The notes under the pieces: model-generated
Told to the model about the DNA's origin: nothing
Database searches by the model: none
Seen by the model: the letters and a program-made list of their open reading frames with translations, nothing else
Program-made: the position numbers and the translations under genes
DNA from: Patellaria atrata CBS 101060
Taxonomy: Eukaryota
Assembly: GCA_010093705.1 (NCBI GenBank)
Contig: MU006095.1
Location: 310,001 to 374,000, forward strand
Reading direction: 5' to 3'
DNA: 64,000 nucleotides
Shown here: positions 59,678 to 64,000 of the stretch, one piece after another
How positions within the stretch are numbered: the stretch's first letter is position 1
Layout of the letters: every line of letters begins with the position of its first letter

Positions 59678-62332
59678 TCAAACCCTCTGATAAAACAAAA
59701 TATAAGCGACCTTCCCGGCTCCGATGCCGACAACCCCCTTGCCACCCCTCCCATTACCCTTCCACGCCCTCTCCCTCTCGCCATCAACGGTACTCCACTC
59801 CGCATCCGCATCCCCCAAGACCTCCTCATCATGCAAATGCTGTCTCGCCACCTCCCTCTTGACCTCCTTCTCCTCACCCCCGCCCTCGGCAACATCGTCC
59901 GGCCTGACGCGGCGGATGACCGTGTCGTCCATGCGGATCCACTCCCTGCCCTCCTGGCGCCTAACATCGACCGTGTAATGCCCGCCCGATGCATTTTTCC
60001 CATGATGGTACACCACGCCGATGAGTCTGTACTTCGGCAACGCGGCCCTATTGACTAGTCCCGCGCGTTTGGACGGCGGGAAGACTTCTTTCGGGATCTC
60101 GAGGTCGAGGGGGTAATTGACGTGTTTCCATATCTTCTGCACGCCGCCTTGGTTATCGTACTGGAAGCGCTTGAGATGGAGGATCAGGACGGGCGGGACG
60201 GTCTCGATGAAGACTTGTTTGGTGGCTGCGACGTTGCCGCCGCGGGGGGAGCCGAAGTCGCCGTGGAGGGTCTCGCTGTGTGTAAGCCCTTTGAGCGCGT
60301 CGGTGATGTTGTTCACGTTCGGGGCACCGATGTCTAGTTGGAGTGGCTGGTACGGTTCCAGGGTGACGCTGTTCTTGAGACCCGGGACACGGAGTTCAGA
60401 TCGCAATTTGCCGCCGAAGATGCGAGTGATGGGGCTCTCGGTGACGATCGTGCCTGAGCTTCTCGTGATCGCCGCTTTCTGCTTAGGTCCGACTTCGAGC
60501 CAGCCGTCTGTGGTTCCGATACTTGATGAGCGCTCGGTCGTCGGAGAGGTGAGTTCACTGGGATTTGCGATGGAGGATATGTCCTTCATGACCTGTGCGC
60601 ACTCATCATGCAGGCCTTCGAGCAAGAAACCCAGGAATTCTTCCGCATCCTGTTGGTGGCCTCGTCGCATGGTTGAGAAGCGGGGAAGACGCTTTATGAC
60701 GTCGTAAACGTACTCTGGGATGAACGCTTCACCATACTGCTCGAGCTCGTTATCCTTGAGTCTCAATTTGAGTTTCTCCACGGAATCGGCGGCATCGATA
60801 ATGTTGAACTCGCGCATGAAGAGGATCATGGCGTCTAGGAGCGGAGTATCACTTTTGAAGCTGTGGGCGGCTCGCTTGCCAACCTGGTCTAAGAAGTTGT
60901 AGAATGGGACACAAAAGACCAATGTTTGCAAAATCTACCACAAACTCGAATCAGTATCTATGTACGCTTAGTGTCTTTGAGGGGTTCTGGTACTTACTGA
61001 ATTCATATAACACATATTACCGGTATTTACAAGGCCCCTAGGCTCTAGAAAGGAAATTTTATGACCCGACTCGACGCTGAAAAATCGTAAGACGTCACCG
61101 ATGGAATCAGATTTAGTAGTTAGAACACCATTAGTTGAAAGGGAGCCGTTCAAAGTAGTAGAAGGAGGAGAAGAAGTAGAAGGTGCTTTTGTGGAAGAAG
61201 TATTTCGGACAAGGTCTGCCCAAGATTTAGGGGCAGCTTTAGGAGGAGGAGAAGTAGCGGTCGCAGTAGCCTCTGATTCTGGAGATGCTGTGGGTGGGGC
61301 AGTTAACGCTGATGATTTCTCATCTACTGATTGTACTGGAGCGGCCGCTTCGCCTTTGCTAGCTCCCTGCTCCGATGATGCGCTTGCAGGCTTCTCTTGC
61401 GCTTCCAGGGAAGTAGCTGCTTTAGGCTTGATTGGAATGAGAGGAACCGCCGGGATTGTTGCTGTTCGGGTATGTCCATGCGCTGGTTGCGCACGTGTGG
61501 GTTGAACAGCAGGTAACGAAGAGGAGGATGTAGTAGGATCCGTTGAGTCTGTCTCCGAGGGCGCATGAGAGGTTGGTGGAGTATCGAGCTCGGAGGGTGC
61601 AGCAACAGTCGAAGCTTGGGATTCTGATTGTTCTTCAGTTGTTTCCCCTTCCTCCTCTTGCGCACGAGATGGAAGTTCAAGACCTTGGGACGATGGAGCG
61701 GGTGCATCTCGTCGTCGCTCCCTTCTACGGGAAGCGCGTGGAGGAAACGGCTTATCAGGAACAGACAACCAAGGAAGTGGTGGATATACAGGCATAAAGT
61801 GCGGGGGTTGTGAAGGCGTAGCAGGAGTTGAGAAGGATGCGCGAGCTGATGATGATGATGGGGGAGGAGTAGACATATGTGTGGAAGCTGTAGGTGTTGG
61901 AGGAGATTCCGATTCTACAGCTTGGGAACTAACAGAATGCACAGAGAGTGCAGGTTCGGCTTGGGGAGTAGCAGCCTGGATCGGCACTTGAGGCTGCGGA
62001 ACTGGAGGCGTCTGCACATGCTGTCGAATCCGTTGTGGGAGAGCTTGAGCCTGGTGTGGGTGGGAAGAAACGATCATAGGCGAGTGCTGGATCATCGGTT
62101 GATACTGCTGGTGTGGGGGAATAGAGTATTGCTGCTGTTGATATTGCGGGGGATACCATGGCTGGTAATGGGGTGTATGAGGAGCGCCATGGTATTGGGG
62201 ATGTTGGTATTGCGAATACTGATTATGGTGTACTGGCGAGTGTGTGGGTTGAGGGTACGAATAGTGGTAATCGCTCTGTTGCCTCCGAGGATGGCGTAGA
62301 GGAACGTTAGGAAGATGGGGACCTGGCATCAT
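59678..62332 (-). CDS. UBP3: Ubiquitin-specific protease Ubp3/USP10; intron ~60935-60997, probable 5' UTR intron ~62355-62510
   Basis: Disordered N-terminus, KSWADL, EPRGLVNTGNMCYMNS/ILQTLVFC (Cys box), GHQQDAEEFL, SPITRIFGG, VLILHLKRF, VVYHHGKNASGGHYT (His box), AYILFYQR. Confidence 0.93.
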
Positions 62333-63852
62333 GCCCGGTGATGGCAATGTTGCCTTCACAGTCAGCGCCGGTCAGTCAACGACCTAGCGACTGACGTGCG
62401 AGGCAACGGGAGAAGGTCCAGCAAATGGACTCCAATGAATTAAGGCGCAAACCTCCGTGTGAGAACAGGTTGACGATCGGAAAGAAGCGCTGACGAATCT
62501 CGGGACTGACTTGTGTTCGACTATTGGTGATTGAAAGGAGGTTGTAAGTTGCGGAGAATAATTATGGGGAAGGTCTAGTTATAAATGAGGCCGAGGACAG
62601 CGGAGCTAGAGAAAAGTCAGTGAGCAGAAATCGGTTGAAAGAAAGACGCGTCTACTGACATGAACGACAAGTGTCAAGCATTAAGTGTAGGAGAAGAGGT
62701 CCAAGGTTAGGAGTTGGCCTATTCCTTGTGATGCTTCTGATTGCGATGGTCGTGTTTCCTGGAGTTGAGCCCAGGTTACTGAATCCCAAATGTCACCAGC
62801 AAGCACGGAGCCTCTCTTGGCTTGGGTTTTAGGTTGCCTTTGGGAAATATTCCAACTTACCACGGCCCGAGTTAATCCGGGGGCCAAGCCAAAGGCGAAA
62901 CAACGAAATCTTCATACTTGGATCTCACTTTCAAAGCGTTGGAAATACCTACATACCATCAAGGAGTCTACCCAAGACACCTAAAGAGGTGAAGCATAAT
63001 AACTCGTGTTTCCAGAGATTATTGCTATGAGAGCTTCCAAGTGACCAAGTTGGATCCCACCTCTAATGGAGTGCCTCTTACCTTGTACTTCACTGCTCTT
63101 AAGCAGAACACCTCGATGCGTGGAGTAAGTTATAGGTGGGCACTATCGTAGGCCATTCCAACGTTGTTTGAACGCATTATCCAGATTATATCCAGTGAAA
63201 GGCATATGATGTCCTTATGCATGGGACATACTAGTCCAGGCGGAGGGATTGTTTCGTGATACTCAGTACAGCTCTCAGTTTCTGTGCTCAATGACAGCAT
63301 TTGGGTCATATTCGACCATCATACAGAAAGTACATAGCTTATTACTCTGCATAGAAGATGCCATATATTACCAACAAAGGTCCAGTGAGAAGCCTTGTTA
63401 ACATTCCACGATGGTTGTTTAACAATAACTCCGGTGCCATGATGTTCGTACCAACCTAATATAACAACACAGGCGATAGAAGCTTGATCTAGGCGTGCAT
63501 TCATACAATATCAATTATTAATATAGAAGTATGTAGCAAGAGCTAATAGCCGGAGAGAGTTATCAAGCTGCTAATTCTACACGTGATTGACGTGGTTCCA
63601 TCTTCATTTTGCCCCTCCTGTGTTTGGCCTGATCATCTCGTTCGAATGACTCTTTGAGACTCCGTCCACCTTCGGGGGACTCCCTCAGCCATACCTATTG
63701 CCTCATCTATCACCACGGATATATCTACTTTTTACTTTGTTCTTTCCGTCTTGTTCTTTTGTTCCCTTTCCTTCCCGATAGACCTCCCTGTGCTGACTGC
63801 TCCTCAAGCTGTGGTCTGACAGAACAGCGTCATTGTTCGCTCCCGTTCCGTC

Positions 63853-64000
63853 ATGTCTTCTAACCAGCCATCGGGAATCAACAGCTCCAAATCAATCAAT
63901 ACTTCAGGCCAAATATCTCCAGCCCCGTCACAAACCGGACCCGTTGCCTTTGGTGATCAGTACGGCCAGCGTCGTTCTGGAAGTACAGGCGCGGGGGCGG
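63853..64000 (+). CDS. 5' start of a gene running off the window; resembles the recalled N-terminus of fungal RING protein Mag2/RNF10
   Basis: ATG after a pyrimidine-rich leader, with an open frame MSSNQPSGINSSKSINTSGQISPAPSQTGPVAFGDQYGQRRSGSTGAGA. The family assignment rests only on the RRSG..GAG resemblance. Confidence 0.45.
   Translation, partial: MSSNQPSGINSSKSINTSGQISPAPSQTGPVAFGDQYGQRRSGSTGAGA

Noticed and set aside
5072..61813. Numerous antisense or overlapping ORFs (e.g. 5072-5674, 41838-42464, 60117-60707)
   Set aside because: They are shadows of GC-rich coding sequence on the opposite strand or frame, with no independent motifs.

Overview
Intron-containing genomic DNA from a filamentous ascomycete (Pezizomycotina-type genes, GT-AG introns with CTRAC branch points, RIP-like C-to-T scars). 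It has four zones. (1) 1-934: a ~0.93 kb foldback DNA element with ~330 bp inverted arms and RIP-type mismatches, just upstream of KOG1/Raptor. (2) 1.6-11.2 kb: conserved housekeeping genes (KOG1, Gemin2/Brr1-like, F-box/LRR, CENP-O). (3) ~11.3-47 kb: an accessory region. It holds decayed genes (HET-domain, APH-like kinase, STAND N-terminal stump, GMC oxidoreductase stump, probable NACHT relic) and a Pol III A/B-box element. Among these lie metabolic or secreted-protein genes: dienelactone hydrolase, a Ser/Thr-rich GPI-like protein, class II aldolase plus a frameshifted DUF1989 gene, secreted tyrosinase plus secreted intradiol dioxygenase, two MFS transporters and a CBM18-AA5_1 copper radical oxidase. 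(4) 47.9-64 kb: housekeeping genes (mitochondrial carrier with a 7-nt microexon, SPT16, SUR7, RAV2/Rogdi, siroheme synthase running into a 725-N gap, UBP3, and the first 49 codons of a divergent gene that may be MAG2/RNF10). All calls come from reading the sequence and recalled motifs. No database searches were run, and exon boundaries are manual inferences.
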